A stretch of DNA of 64,000 bases from the human T2T-CHM13v2.0 reference genome, Homo sapiens. Below, piece by piece: positions 18,418 to 39,684 of this stretch. The position numbers and the translations under genes are program-made. The notes under the pieces are model-generated. The model saw only the letters and a list, made by a program, of their open reading frames with translations. It searched no databases and had not been told where the DNA came from. How positions within the stretch are numbered: the stretch's first letter is position 1; each line of letters starts with the position of its first letter. The stretch lies in NCBI RefSeq assembly GCF_009914755.1, contig NC_060934.1; one strand, written 5' to 3'.

Positions 18418-19519
18418 ACAAATGAATGCCAAAGAGTGCTCAGGAGCTCAACTTTTACTTCAGCTGTTATTAACCTTCAACCACAAGACAATAACATCTG
18501 TTCCTTTTATCCCAATTTTACGTGCGGCATTCTTAGCCATATCTACACTGTGTTTTTATGCACATCATCATACCCTGTTGTAGGGCTATAAAGACCCTAC
18601 TATGGTAGAATTGGGAGTGGACTGAGGGATTAGGACAAAAGGATGTGGAAAACCGCAGATCTAGAGATGCATAGCTATTCTCATAACCTAGGAAGAGAGG
18701 TGGATTTCTCCGTCATCAATAGCTGAACACTCCTTGTGTTTCTAAGTATTGAATCCATAAAGTTACATGCAAACATACAGCCCTTGCCTTCAGGCCAAGC
18801 CGTAGTTATGCAGAAGGCTTGAAGCAATCACAGATTTAACATTTGTGGTTCCAGCTATTCAGGACCAATTCCCAAACTCCACGACATGTAACAATTTGTA
18901 ATTTTGCTAGGACACAGTTTGATGCTTAGGTTTTAAGGCTGGTGTGCTAGACGTTATCAAGTGGTTTGTGAGAGTAGCCCTGTGTCTCCATTGGGTAGAG
19001 TAGCTGGGTCGCAAGGATCATGAAGAGATGAAGAAATGGCTGTGAAAAGCCAACTAGCCTCGGTGATAGTAAGCAAAGGTATAGAAACACTAAGGAAGTT
19101 ACCCTTTGTATTGTCAAAGGTTTCAGTTTTGTGTAAGGTGGTGATTCACGGGCAGTTAATCTCCATCACTAAAATTAAATCCTTTTTTATTCATTGCAAA
19201 TAGATAATCTGTGGAAGACATTTTGGCTTTTCTCGCTAGCAGAAAATGTGAGGCTTCTTCAGGTTTTTCCTGTTCATTGTTTCACGGGAGCATCTTCCCC
19301 AAAACACTGCAAAACTCAAAGTTCTCAGGCTGATGTGGCAGAAAGAGCATTGATCTCGGCTTCAGGAGCTAAATTCTCTAGTCCTGACTGTGCCACTAAC
19401 AGACTGTGGGACTTCAGACAAGTACATTCCTTTCTCGGGTTTCTTATGTCAAATGGACAGCGTGAGAAGGATCACAATGAACCAGGGATCAGCTTCACGA
19501 TTAAAACCTAAGACTTAAG

Positions 19520-20530
19520 AGACGGACATCTGTCCGTTCCTGGCTACACCTCCGGCCCATCTGGCCCACCCCAAACTGCGCGAAGCCCCTCTCCACCGAC
19601 GCCAGGCCTGTGGCCTCGCGCGAAGCTGTTGGTCGTTAACATCTCCCCCGCAATGGGCGGGATGGAGGGCTTCAGCTTCCGGCTGCAAATGGCGAGGCGG
19701 CGCGCGGCGTTGCCCACTGGCCTCGGCATGGGCCTGCCCACGCACCCGCCCAGCGCGCGCCGGACCCTGTCTACCGCCGTTGAAGGGCTTCCCAGCCCTA
19801 GCAGTGCGTACTGGGAAGCCCCCAAAAGGCTCTGCGAGGCCGAGGAGACCCGTTCGGAGTGGGGGAGGGGAAGATAAACCGAACTATTTATGTTAATCAG
19901 TGCATGCTTCCTTTATGGAGATTGGCCAGGGTTTTACTCTAGTAACCAATCACTTCAGAACAAGGGCGGGCCCGTTGATATCTCTCACACTCATTGGTTG
20001 AGAGGTTGCGGCGCAATGGAAGGTCTTAAACCGAGAGTATCCGGGATTATTTTTCCCCGCCGTGCGGTGCGTGTCCCGGAAGTGACGCATGGCCAAGGCC
20101 GGGCGGCCGCCTTGCCCCCGCTTCCTTTCACGCTGTCGCTGCCCGTAGGTGGTTGTGGCCACTGTGCCCGGAGGGAGGCGGCGGTGGCCAGTAATGCCTG
20201 GGAAACTCCTCTGGGGGGACATTATGGAGCTGGAAGCACCCTTGGAGGAGTCCGAGAGCCAGAAGAAGGAGAGGCAAAAGGTGCGCTGAGCATGGGCCGC
20301 GCCTCCTTTTGGGCTGCGCCGGCTTGGGCGGGGAGGGGAACTGTCTGTCCCTGATGATGGCCTGTCAGAACCGGGCCGGAGCATCCGAGGGCCTCCCTTC
20401 GCGCCGCCCTCGGCCCTCTGGGGTCGCTCAGGGACCGTTTCCACCTCCACCCTCCCGACCTGGAGAAAGATGGCCCTGGGCTTTGGGCCTCTCCTCCGCG
20501 TGGCCCCTCAGCCCTTCCCGTTGGCGCCTG
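19520..20530. promoter_or_regulatory. DDX50: CpG island / DDX50 promoter
   Basis: High GC and CpG density; CCAAT boxes at 19921, 19946 and 19993; GC boxes at 19964 and 20101; ETS/CRE-like CCGGAAGTGACG at 20076-20087; TCT-like CTTCCTTTC at 20121; no obvious TATA box. Confidence 0.9.
20194..20280 (+). CDS. DDX50: DDX50 (RNA helicase II/Gu-beta) exon 1 coding part
   Basis: ATG at 20194; MPGKLLWGDIMELEAPLEESESQKKERQK; donor AAG|gtgcgc. Confidence 0.95.
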
Positions 20531-21261
20531 AATCTCAGATGGGCAGACTCAAGCTCCCATCACCATGGAATCTGTTCTTTCTCTCCTGAAGCAGTGACGC
20601 TTGCCATTTCGTTTTCATTGGCCCTCTTAGAAGATGATTAAGAAAAAATGATTGCTTTGAATATGTGTTGCTTCTGTCACCCCGTCCCCTGTGCAAGAAT
20701 CCTGGGGAAAGCGATCTTAGGTTTACAGACCTCAATAACTAGTCTGTAGAGGCTTAAGGAAAAGTGTCACTGAGACTTGCCAGGATTTGTCAGTGATGGA
20801 GATCGTGTGGGTTGCATTATTAATAGCCTTTACTGTCAGTATTTTCATTCAATCCGCAGGTGTTTATTGAACCTAATTTGTACCATACTCTTTGCTGAGT
20901 ACCAAGGAGGTTAAACTAAATAAGTAAAGAAATGGTCTCTGCTCTCAAGGAGCCTGTAGAGGAGTTGTAGTCTTTCCTCCTCCCAGCCCCCTGCCCTCCA
21001 AAAAAAAAAAAAAAAAAAAAAGGAAAAGAAAAAACATCCTGAAACACTCAGAGGATCACAAGGTGCTGAAAAAATGCCCAGGTAAAATTATTACTGGAGA
21101 CATTTGACCTGGAAAAAAGAAATCAGCTGAAGAGGCTAAGGTGGCAGTATTCGAAGGCTGACATTCGACAAAAGAATGAGACTTATTTTGTATAGCCTTA
21201 GAAAGCAGAATCTACCTCTCTGACCTTATCACTAAGGTAAACTTGCCATTTCAGCTAACAC

Positions 21262-21510
21262 TTTTATTGTGCTAAAATACACATAACGTTTATCATTTTA
21301 ACCATTTTTAAGTATATAGCTCTGTGACATTAAGTATATTTACATCGTTTTGCAGCTGTCACCATCATCCATCTCCAGAACTTTTCATTGTCCCAGACTG
21401 AAACTCTGTGCCCATTAAACACTCACTTCTCATTCCTCTCTCCTTCCACTCCCGGCAACTACCATTCTACTTTCGCTCTGTGAATTTGACTACTGAAGTT
21501 ACCTAGAGTG
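21262..21510 (-). mobile_element. L1MB-type 3' end fragment
   Basis: ttttattgtgctaaaatacacataac...catctccagaacttttcat...aactctgtgcccattaaac is typical of an antisense L1MB 3' UTR. Confidence 0.75.
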
Positions 21511-21933
21511 TAAGCAGAAAACCAAGCAGGTATTTTAAAAAAGGCTTCTTTTGAAATTCTTGTCTTTTGCATCCCAATCCTGTCCAGCGGTCAAGGCCTA
21601 GTTTATGTCTTTCCTGACAACCCGAATGTACCGTTATCTAGTTTCAGTGGCTATCTTCATCATTTGATTGACATTTGTTATGCATGTCTATATAAAATTA
21701 GTTCATTTTTCCTGTATGTATCCCACATATTTCCCAAAAGTTCTTGAGGAAAGTGACCAAATCTTTATCCATCCTTATGTTTCACTATGTTGTTTTAAAT
21801 TGGTGGCTTTCACATTGTAAATTCTCCAGAAATACATATTGACTGCCCTTTAACTATGAAAGATAACCAGAGATTTGGAAACGAATTGGAATACCAACTA
21901 AAAGAAATAGAGCATTAGAATACAGGTCTGGTG

Positions 21934-23130
<1,197 letters not shown>

Positions 23131-24439
23131 ACTGAAGTGAATAGTGGTCTGGTATTGAGGTGAGGATAACTTTGGTTCGGACGTGTTGAGATATGGAGCT
23201 GGTGCTTAGATTCTTAGAGTTGGAATGTAGGTGAGGAAGGGAGTCTGGAAGTACGTATTGAGCCATGAAAATAGTACTAAAAGTGAACATAGAGAACAGA
23301 TACTCAAGGAGCATCCACTGGAGGAGGAAGGAGAGGAACCATTGAAGAAGATATGTGGTAGAGGTAAGAAGATAGAGGTAAGAAGGGAATATAAAGTGTA
23401 ACTGAAACCAAGTAGACGGAGAGTGCCAAGCATTGTGGGTCTAAAGTGGAATTATTTATTTAATCACCTTGAGATGTTACTGGGCTTAGACCGAGAGGTC
23501 TCCTTTTGCCTTGCTTCAACTTCTCTCTGTAGTGCAGGGCCCAGAAGCAATTCAAGCCCCAAGGCTGAATCGATAAATAATCTTATTTTTCTGTAGAACC
23601 TATTGGTTTGGAAAGATGTGGTCTAGTGTAGTTAACTGCAGATCATATGATGTAATGTGTAACTGCAAAGCATTTTCACACATATTGTTCAATTCTCACA
23701 GCAATTCCAATTTTATGGATGAGAAAATTATATGTGAAATAACTCTAAAAGTTGTGTAAGTTATGGTGAACATTTTGGTGGTAGTAGTTTTTACTATCAC
23801 TAATTACTGCTATCTATTTTGAATATTTGACCAGGTAATTCATTTTTTTGAGAGTGGCCGAGATTACAGGCGTGTACCACAACATGCAGCTAACTTTTGT
23901 ATTTTTGTAGAGACGGGGTTTCCCCATGTTGGCCAGGCTGGTCTTGAACTCCTGACCTCAGGTGATCCGCCCAACCTCGCCCCCCCAGAGTGCTGGGATT
24001 ATAGGCGTGAACCACCACGGCTAGCCACCAGGCTAAAGTCCTAAATTCCCAAATCATTTATTGTGTTCTGTAAATATCACAACACTGGCCACTAGTTTGA
24101 GATTTTAAAATTGAAGTTGAAAAATAGTGTTTTTTAAAAAAATTAACTGAATTTAAAACGTAAAAAAAAAAAAAAAATCCAGGATTACTGTCCTTCCGTG
24201 GAAGTATAACAATTGGACTTCTATATGAATTATATAGTTTCTTTTTGTTTTCCTTTAGCCTGTGAATTGTCAAAGTGCAGGGAGGAAGCATAATGTGAAA
24301 AGAGAATGGGCTTTCAAGTCAGGCAGTGCTAGATTCAGTTTCTAGTACTTATAGCTGCAGGAAATCCCACATGTGGATCTTTGGCAAGTTGCTTAACCTC
24401 TTACAACTTCTGTTTCCTTGTCTATAAAATGGCAAAGGT

Positions 24440-24742
<303 letters not shown>

Positions 24743-24762
24743 ATAAAATGGCAAAGGTAATA

Positions 24763-25079
24763 CAGGTTCACTATCCCTTATCCAAAATCCTTGGAACTAG
24801 TTGTATTTTGGAATTCAGAATTCTGGGGATTTTTAGAAAGGTAGCACCCCGGTAGGGTTTGGGGCCTGAAACCTGTAATCAAACACCTTAATATTAAATA
24901 TGAGTGGTCATACTAAGCAGGATAAATGAAGACTATAAAGAGCCTCACGTTAGTTCAAGTTAAATTTTGCCATCAAATGAGTTCAGGTAAGGTTTTGCCT
25001 CCAAATAAGTTACAAAAAAAACTTTCGGTTTTCAGAGCTTTATGGATATCGCAATTTCGGATAAGGGATTATGGACCTG
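24763..25079. mobile_element. Tigger4/MER46-type non-autonomous DNA transposon
   Basis: TIRs CAGGTTCACTATCCCTTATCC ... GGATAAGGGATTATGGACCTG, flanked by TA on both sides. Confidence 0.85.
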
Positions 25080-25520
25080 TACTTCCCTTATAGGGTTGTT
25101 ATGAAGATTTAAACAAGATAAGCTGAAAACACATTACACAGTGCTGGGTAGGTATTCAATAAGTATTAATTTTTTTTTCTCTTGGAAATGTTGGAAGTTT
25201 TTGCTTGTTTAGTAATTTATAATTCTGGGGTTGTCTTTCTTTCCCTGAGGAGAAACCGTTTTAATTTTCCTTAAATCTTATGATGGGATTAGAGAGGGGC
25301 TAGAGGCTGAGTCTTGAGAATGCTAGGAAGGGGATGAGAAAGATAGCAACAGTTGAGGCTTAGAGCTTGGCATTAGTAAGCAGTCTGGATTTCTACCAGG
25401 CAGGTTTTCAAAGTAACTGTAGATTGAGCTGAACTGGTGGGGGAGTCATGCTCTAACTTCTCTAGAGTCTTAAAAGAAAACCTCTGACCATCTTGTCATT
25501 GCTTCTTTGTTTGTTCACAG

Positions 25521-25817
25521 AGTGACAGAAGGAAGTCAAGGCACCATTATGACTCGGATGAGAAATCAGAAACAAGAGAAAATGGTGTTACAGATGACCT
25601 GGATGCTCCCAAGGCCAAAAAATCTAAAATGAAAGAGAAGCTAAATGGAGACACTGAAGAAGGATTTAATAGACTTTCAGATGAATTCTCCAAATCTCAT
25701 AAGTCAAGAAGAAAAGATCTACCAAATGGAGATATAGATGAATATGAAAAAAAATCAAAGCGAGTATCATCTTTAGATACTTCTACTCATAAATCAAGTG
25801 ATAATAAACTAGAGGAG
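25521..25817 (+). CDS. DDX50: DDX50 exon 2 (charged, low-complexity N-terminus)
   Basis: cacag acceptor, GAG|gtatgg donor; SDRRKSRHHYDSDEK...SSDNKLEE; 297 nt. Confidence 0.95.
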
Positions 25818-26124
25818 GTATGGAAGCTTTTTATTTTGCATTTGACATTGTTGTTGAACTATAGGTTGATTTGAATTTTTTTAGGCTAATTAGAATTGAT
25901 TCTATAACATTTCTTGATTAGTGTCTAGTATTCTTAGTTGCACTAGAGTCTGTACAGGTGAAGCCTGAGCCTTTTTTCCTTTGGCCCTTGTTTATTTCAC
26001 TGTATGGCCTTTTTCTTGGGGCGAGGTGGGAGCAATAGTTAAATTTAAACCTTTTCTGTACATTTGGGTTCCTAAAGTTATTCGGAATTGCTTGATGGTT
26101 ATCTACTTGAATTTCTTTTCTTTT

Positions 26125-29510
<3,386 letters not shown>

Positions 29511-29877
29511 CAAAGGTTTGCAGTTTTAATGGATATGCAATTAAAAATCTATCACTAGATTTTGTAAAACTCCTGTGCCTTTTCTGACCAAAAGGAGAAC
29601 ATAAAAAGCATAGAGAAGTAGCTCTTCTTTAATTGCACTTACTTTTACATCATCCTTTTCAATATTCTGCCTTGTTTTTAGCTTTAAGATTTATATGCAT
29701 TCGTCAAAAGTTTAGACTAATTTTTTAGTAATGCTTGTTTGTGGTAGGAGTAACTGTGTCACCAGGTGGCATGTCTTTAGGCAGACATAGAAGAATTATG
29801 ATTGTCATTTTCAAATGAATATATTTTTTCCTAATGCTAGTCGTAAAGAAGTATTTTAATTAAATCTCATTTTACAG

Positions 29878-30056
29878 GTCGAGGGGTAACATATCTCTTT
29901 CCTATTCAAGTTAAGACCTTTGGTCCTGTATATGAAGGAAAAGATTTAATAGCTCAAGCACGGACAGGAACAGGAAAGACATTCTCTTTTGCCATCCCCT
30001 TAATTGAAAGACTCCAAAGAAATCAAGAAACAATTAAAAAAAGCCGCTCACCAAAG
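29878..30056 (+). CDS. DDX50: DDX50 exon 4 (Q motif LFPIQ, Walker A ARTGTGKT)
   Basis: AG/GT boundaries; [38 protein letters not shown]...RSPK. Confidence 0.97.
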
Positions 30057-30465
30057 GTAATCGTTATAGGGGGTAAAAGCTTTAAATGTTACTCTAACAG
30101 AAAGGGAAAGAAAGTTACACGAGTCCTAAGTTCTAGTACCCCCAAAATAGAAAAGTTAGCGCTGTGGCATAAAACAAAAATATGTTGTTTTTCACAAAAA
30201 GAAATTTCAAGCAAAGTTAAAGTGAAGTAGTTTTTGCATATGAATGTGATGTGTATGGATCCATAGATGTCTTTGATAATTTCATGAATTATAAAGCCGG
30301 TATATCTTATTTACAGTTTTTATATTTAGTTGACCCTTTTCTTCTCTTTTCTTCAGTCCTGACCTTTGCTTTTAAATAAATGAATTTTCTAAAGAGGTGT
30401 TCATTTATTTGTCATTCAGTAAATGTTCAGCATCATTTATTTCAGTGTTACCTTTTTTTCCCTTT

Positions 30466-30569
30466 AGTATGGAATACGTCATGAATTTTCATGTCATCCT
30501 TGTGCAGGGGTCATGCTAATCTTCCCTGTGTCATTCCAATTTTAGCGTATGTGCTGCTGAAGTGAGCAC
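30466..30569 (-). pseudogene. Near full-length U6 snRNA retropseudogene, antisense in DDX50 intron 4
   Basis: Reverse complement reads GTGCTCACTTCAGCAGCACATACGCTAAAATTGGAATGACACAGGGAAGATTAGCATGACCCCTGCACAAGGATGACATG..., collinear with U6 with CpG-type decay; degenerate A-rich tail near 30453-30465. Confidence 0.93.
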
Positions 30570-31359
30570 ACACAGATGGACTTTTTAAGAAGAGTATTAT
30601 AGAAATGATACTGCTAGTTTATATATTATTGGGGTACTAGACATCTTATTTTATAAATGTAAAATCAACCAACAGAGAGGACTAGTAAAATGTAAGCCTA
30701 AAATTTGACCTAAAAAGCTGTGTGCACTTAAGGTTTGTAAAAGTGAAGAAAAAAATCAGCATCATAATATGAACAACTGTATGACTAAAAGTAATTTGTT
30801 CTTTGTAAGACTCCTGAGTGGTATTATAAGAGCAAATTAACATACATACATAAATATAATTAAATCATAATAGTCTTGGATCAGCTATCCCAAATCAGGT
30901 TGGCTGTGTTGACTTACAGGATAAATATTTTTGGAGAGTTATGTTTTTCGGGTGAAATTAGGAAAAGACTGAAATAGGACATAGGATATAATCTCAACAC
31001 TGCTTTTTTTTTGTTTTGTTTTGTTTTTTGTTTTTTTTAAAGACAGGGTCTCTCTCTGTTGCCCAGGATGGAGTACAGTGGGGTGATCATGGCTCATTGT
31101 AGCCATGAACTCCTGGGCTCAAGCAATTCTCTCTTCCTCTCAGTCTCTCCAGTAGGTAGGACTGCAGGCAGGTGCCACCACACTTGGCTAATTTTTTATT
31201 TTTTGTAGAGTTGGGGTCTCATTCTGTAGTCCAGGCTGGTTTTGAACTCCTGGCCTCAAGTGATCCTTCCACCTTGGCCTCCCAAGGTGTTGGGATTACA
31301 GGTGTGAGCCTCCACGCCTGGCCCCAAAGCTGCCTTAAAAAGCTTTTGTATTAGAAAGA

Positions 31360-31800
31360 TGTTACTGGAGATTCCAGCTCCGCCATTTCTAGGTGTTTGA
31401 TTTTGGGCAAGACTTTAATTCTCTGAGACACAAGTCTCTCATTTACGAAAATGGTGGCATAATGCCACTCATGGGTTTTTATGAGAATCAAATTAGATAA
31501 TTCCTGTAAAGCATTAGTTCCTAGCACATGGTGAACATTCATTCGTTTAACATTTTTGAGTTTCCTGTACTGTACCAGGCACTGTTTGAAGTGTAAGGAA
31601 TACAGTAACCCAACCTGACATAAATTCCTGCCTTCATGGAGCTTACATTTTATTGGGTGAGATAGACAATCAGCAAATAAGTAAAATATCAGTATCTTAG
31701 GTGGTTTAAGTGCTGAGGAGAAATGATAAAGAGGGGCAGGGGGATATGAAAATGGGCTTGGGAACCTCACTGAAGAGACCTGAAGGAAGTAAGGGGGGAA
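31360..31800. mobile_element. MIR followed by an L2 fragment
   Basis: gattccagctccgccatt...gtaaagcattagttcctagcac (MIR), then cattcattcgtttaacatttttgag...cctgccttcatggagcttacatt (L2 3' end). Confidence 0.65.
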
Positions 31801-31971
31801 TGTAATAAATACATGCTGCTGTTCCTTTTGCTATTTGTGATGTGTCTTTAAATACTTCGACATTAATGTTGAGATTCCTGGTTTTAAATGCACCTAAAAA
31901 AAGTCTTCTTGGTTTTAATTTAGATATGTCTTTAGAAAAGTATCTTTTTGTTTTTTAAACCTCTTGCTCAG

Positions 31972-32089
31972 GTACTTGTTTTGGCTCCAACAAGGGAACT
32001 GGCAAACCAAGTAGCCAAAGACTTCAAAGATATAACTAGGAAACTCAGCGTGGCGTGTTTTTATGGTGGAACATCATATCAAAGCCAAA
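31972..32089 (+). CDS. DDX50: DDX50 exon 5 (motif Ia PTRELA, GG doublet)
   Basis: [14 protein letters not shown]...[10 protein letters not shown]; A|gtgagt donor. Confidence 0.97.
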
Positions 32090-32200
32090 GTGAGTAAATA
32101 TGTTTGATAGACGTGCAAAGGCATATTTGATACTCATATTTAAATAAATAATGTGAAAGTTTGAATTTTACATATTGGTGGCATTTCTCTCTTCTCACAG

Positions 32201-32386
32201 TTAATCATATTCGAAATGGTATTGACATCTTGGTTGGAACACCTGGTCGTATCAAAGACCATCTGCAGAGTGGCCGATTGGATCTTTCTAAACTGCGACA
32301 TGTTGTGCTTGATGAAGTGGATCAGATGTTAGATTTAGGTTTCGCTGAACAAGTTGAAGATATTATTCATGAATCCTACAAAACTG
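32201..32386 (+). CDS. DDX50: DDX50 exon 6 (TPGR, motif II DEVD)
   Basis: [22 protein letters not shown]...[14 protein letters not shown]; DEVD codons at 32311-32322. Confidence 0.97.
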
Positions 32387-32868
32387 GTATATCCTAATTC
32401 AAAATAAGCACATTAGCAATTATTGTTCGATCTTAAATGCAAACGAGTTTTTATTTAATAATTTTTATTGCAGTGTCCCCTGCATTCTAACAAAACTAAA
32501 ATAATTTGGTATCTGTTCTGTCCTTGAAAAAGAAAGTATGATAGCATCATTTTAACTATTTTCTTAGCTTTCTGTGCTTTATTCTATTTTTTTATAGTCA
32601 GTAGTTAGATTTACTAACTCATTTTATTGATTTCTTTGTTCATTGTTCCTGCTTAAATTCTCACTTTCCTTTTGGGTTCAGTTCTCTTCATATTGTCCCC
32701 CAGTTTTGCAAGTTGAAAGTTTTAATAATTGCAATGAAGTCTGTGTGTTAAAAATTCACCCCAAGTTTTACATTTTTCATTATTTTTTTGAAGCTTGGGA
32801 GGATTTTTAAGAGCGGGCTACATCGTGGGAAATTAAGAAAACATTTGAATTCTTTTTGTTTATTTAAG

Positions 32869-33014
32869 ATTCTGAAGACAATCCTCAGACTTTACTTTTT
32901 TCTGCAACTTGCCCACAGTGGGTATACAAAGTTGCAAAAAAATACATGAAATCCAGATATGAACAGGTTGACCTTGTTGGAAAAATGACTCAAAAGGCTG
33001 CAACTACTGTGGAA
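32869..33014 (+). CDS. DDX50: DDX50 exon 7 (motif III SAT)
   Basis: [19 protein letters not shown]...AATTVE; GAA|gtaagt donor. Confidence 0.96.
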
Positions 33015-33455
33015 GTAAGTAGCTTTCTAGCATGATAGATTTTAGCTTTTAGTTGGTATTTACTTTTGACATTTGTTGAAGCTAAATTTAAGTTTTGGGT
33101 ACCTCTTCATGCCTAATCTTCCTTTTCTGCTCTTAGTAAGACACCTATATATTTTTATAGTCTGAGACTGAGTAGCAGAATAGAATAAATAGGGGGAAAA
33201 AAAGCACGTGAATAGGCAAGTCCTAATAGGAAACACACAAGCAGCCATAGAGACAGATTTGAAGTGTTTCTTTCTTTCTCTCTTTAAAGCCGCTCAAAAA
33301 CAAAAACAAAAAACAAAATATTTACAACGTGACAAAGAAGGCGATTTATATTGACTAGAAAAGAATAGTGCGGAGATAATTTGTTAAAGCTGAGGTGAAA
33401 AAAAGATAGATCCTCATCCCATTCCCCCAAACCAAAAAAATTTCTCAAAGATTTA

Positions 33456-38011
<4,556 letters not shown>

Positions 38012-38640
38012 TAAATGTAATCATACAATATGTGACTTTTTATGTCTTGTTTCATTCACTTAGCATAATGTTTTTGAGGTTCATTCATATAATTTTTATT
38101 ATGTACAATGAAATGTAAAATCTTGTGTACATTTGCCTATTTTTGAAAAATTCATATGTGTGTAACCCAAACCTTTATCATCATATCGAATATTGCCATC
38201 ATCCTGGAAAGTTCCCTCATGCCCCGTCCCAGTCAGTATCCCCAGTTCAGAGACAACCACTGTTTGATTTTTCTTCCACAATTGATTGGTTTTGCCTATT
38301 CTAGAACTTCATATAAATGGAATGATACTGTATGTGCTCATTTTCTGTAAGATGTTATTCGGCATTTTTTTTAAGGTTCATATTGTTCCATGTATATCAG
38401 TAGTTGGTTTCTTTTAATTGTTGAATGGTATTCTGTTTGAATATACTGCAGTTTGTTTATTCTTTCGTCAGTTTATTGATGACCATTTGTCTATATTGTT
38501 TTTAAGTGCTGTTGAGGAGAGTCTTTGTCTTACAGTCTCCCAGGAAGGCTAATTCTTGACCAGATAGAAAAAATACACAAGAGAAATATTTTAAAATAAT
38601 TTTAATGAAACAAATAATGTGGTATTTTCTTTCTTCAAAG

Positions 38641-38790
38641 CATTTGGCCATCCAGTGTCATTGGTCTCAGAGGCCAGCAGTTATTGGAGATGTCCTTCAA
38701 GTCTACAGTGGGTCTGAAGGGAGGGCTATTATTTTCTGTGAGACCAAGAAGAATGTAACTGAAATGGCCATGAATCCACACATAAAACAG
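38641..38790 (+). CDS. DDX50: DDX50 exon 8 (motif IV IIFCETK)
   Basis: HLAIQCHWSQRPAVIGDVLQVYSGSEGRAIIFCETKKNVTEMAMNPHIKQ; CAG|gtaagt donor. Confidence 0.96.
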
Positions 38791-39459
38791 GTAAGTCTTT
38801 TTTTCATGCTTTCTCTAATTGAAATTATGGGGATGAATCACTGAACGAAAATTATATTGTCCTTTGTGGACCAGATTTGATAGTCATTCTCAAAACTGAG
38901 TTGTAAGGCTGGGCATGGTGGCCCACACCTGTAATCCTGTGACCTGATAAGTCAGGATAGAATTTTATCAGTTTTGTTTGTTTGTCTTGAGACAGGGTCT
39001 CCCTCTTATGCCCAGGCTGGAGTGCAGTGGGACAATCATGGCTCACTGCATTCTTGACTTCCTGGGCTCAGGTGATTCTCCCACCCCAGCCTCTTGAGTA
39101 GCTGGGACTACAGGTGCGTGCCACAATGCCCAGCTCATTTTTTGCGTATTTTGTAGAGATAAGATTTCACCATGTAGCCCAGGCTGGTCTTGAACTCCTG
39201 GGCTCAAGCAATTCCGCCCTCCCCTTGGCCTGCCGAAATGCTGGGATTACAGGTGTGAGCCATCACACCTGACCTCTATCAGATTTTATCAGTTTTTTTT
39301 TAAGACTTTGAAAATGTGATCTGGAAAATATAAAAGTTGAAACAAAATGAATTTCTATGGGTAAGAGAGGGTAATATTTTAGAGTTGTGTTACAAAACTA
39401 CAAATTTTTATTAAATTAATAAATCAGAATACTAAATCCATGTGTTTTTTTCTTTCTTA

Positions 39460-39684
<225 letters not shown>

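Noticed and set aside
20311-20338. Potential G-quadruplex at the start of DDX50 intron 1
   Set aside because: It needs a 12-nt loop, and G-runs at first-intron 5' ends are commonplace.
19515-20641. Overlapping ORFs on both strands of the CpG island
   Set aside because: Expected from stop-codon scarcity in GC-rich DNA; only 20194-20280 splices into DDX50.
32311-32322. DEVD instead of DEAD in motif II
   Set aside because: This is normal for the DDX21/DDX50 subfamily, not a mutation.
32387-32868. Intronic snoRNA in the short Alu-free DDX50 introns
   Set aside because: I could not see convincing C/D boxes with a terminal stem or an H/ACA architecture.
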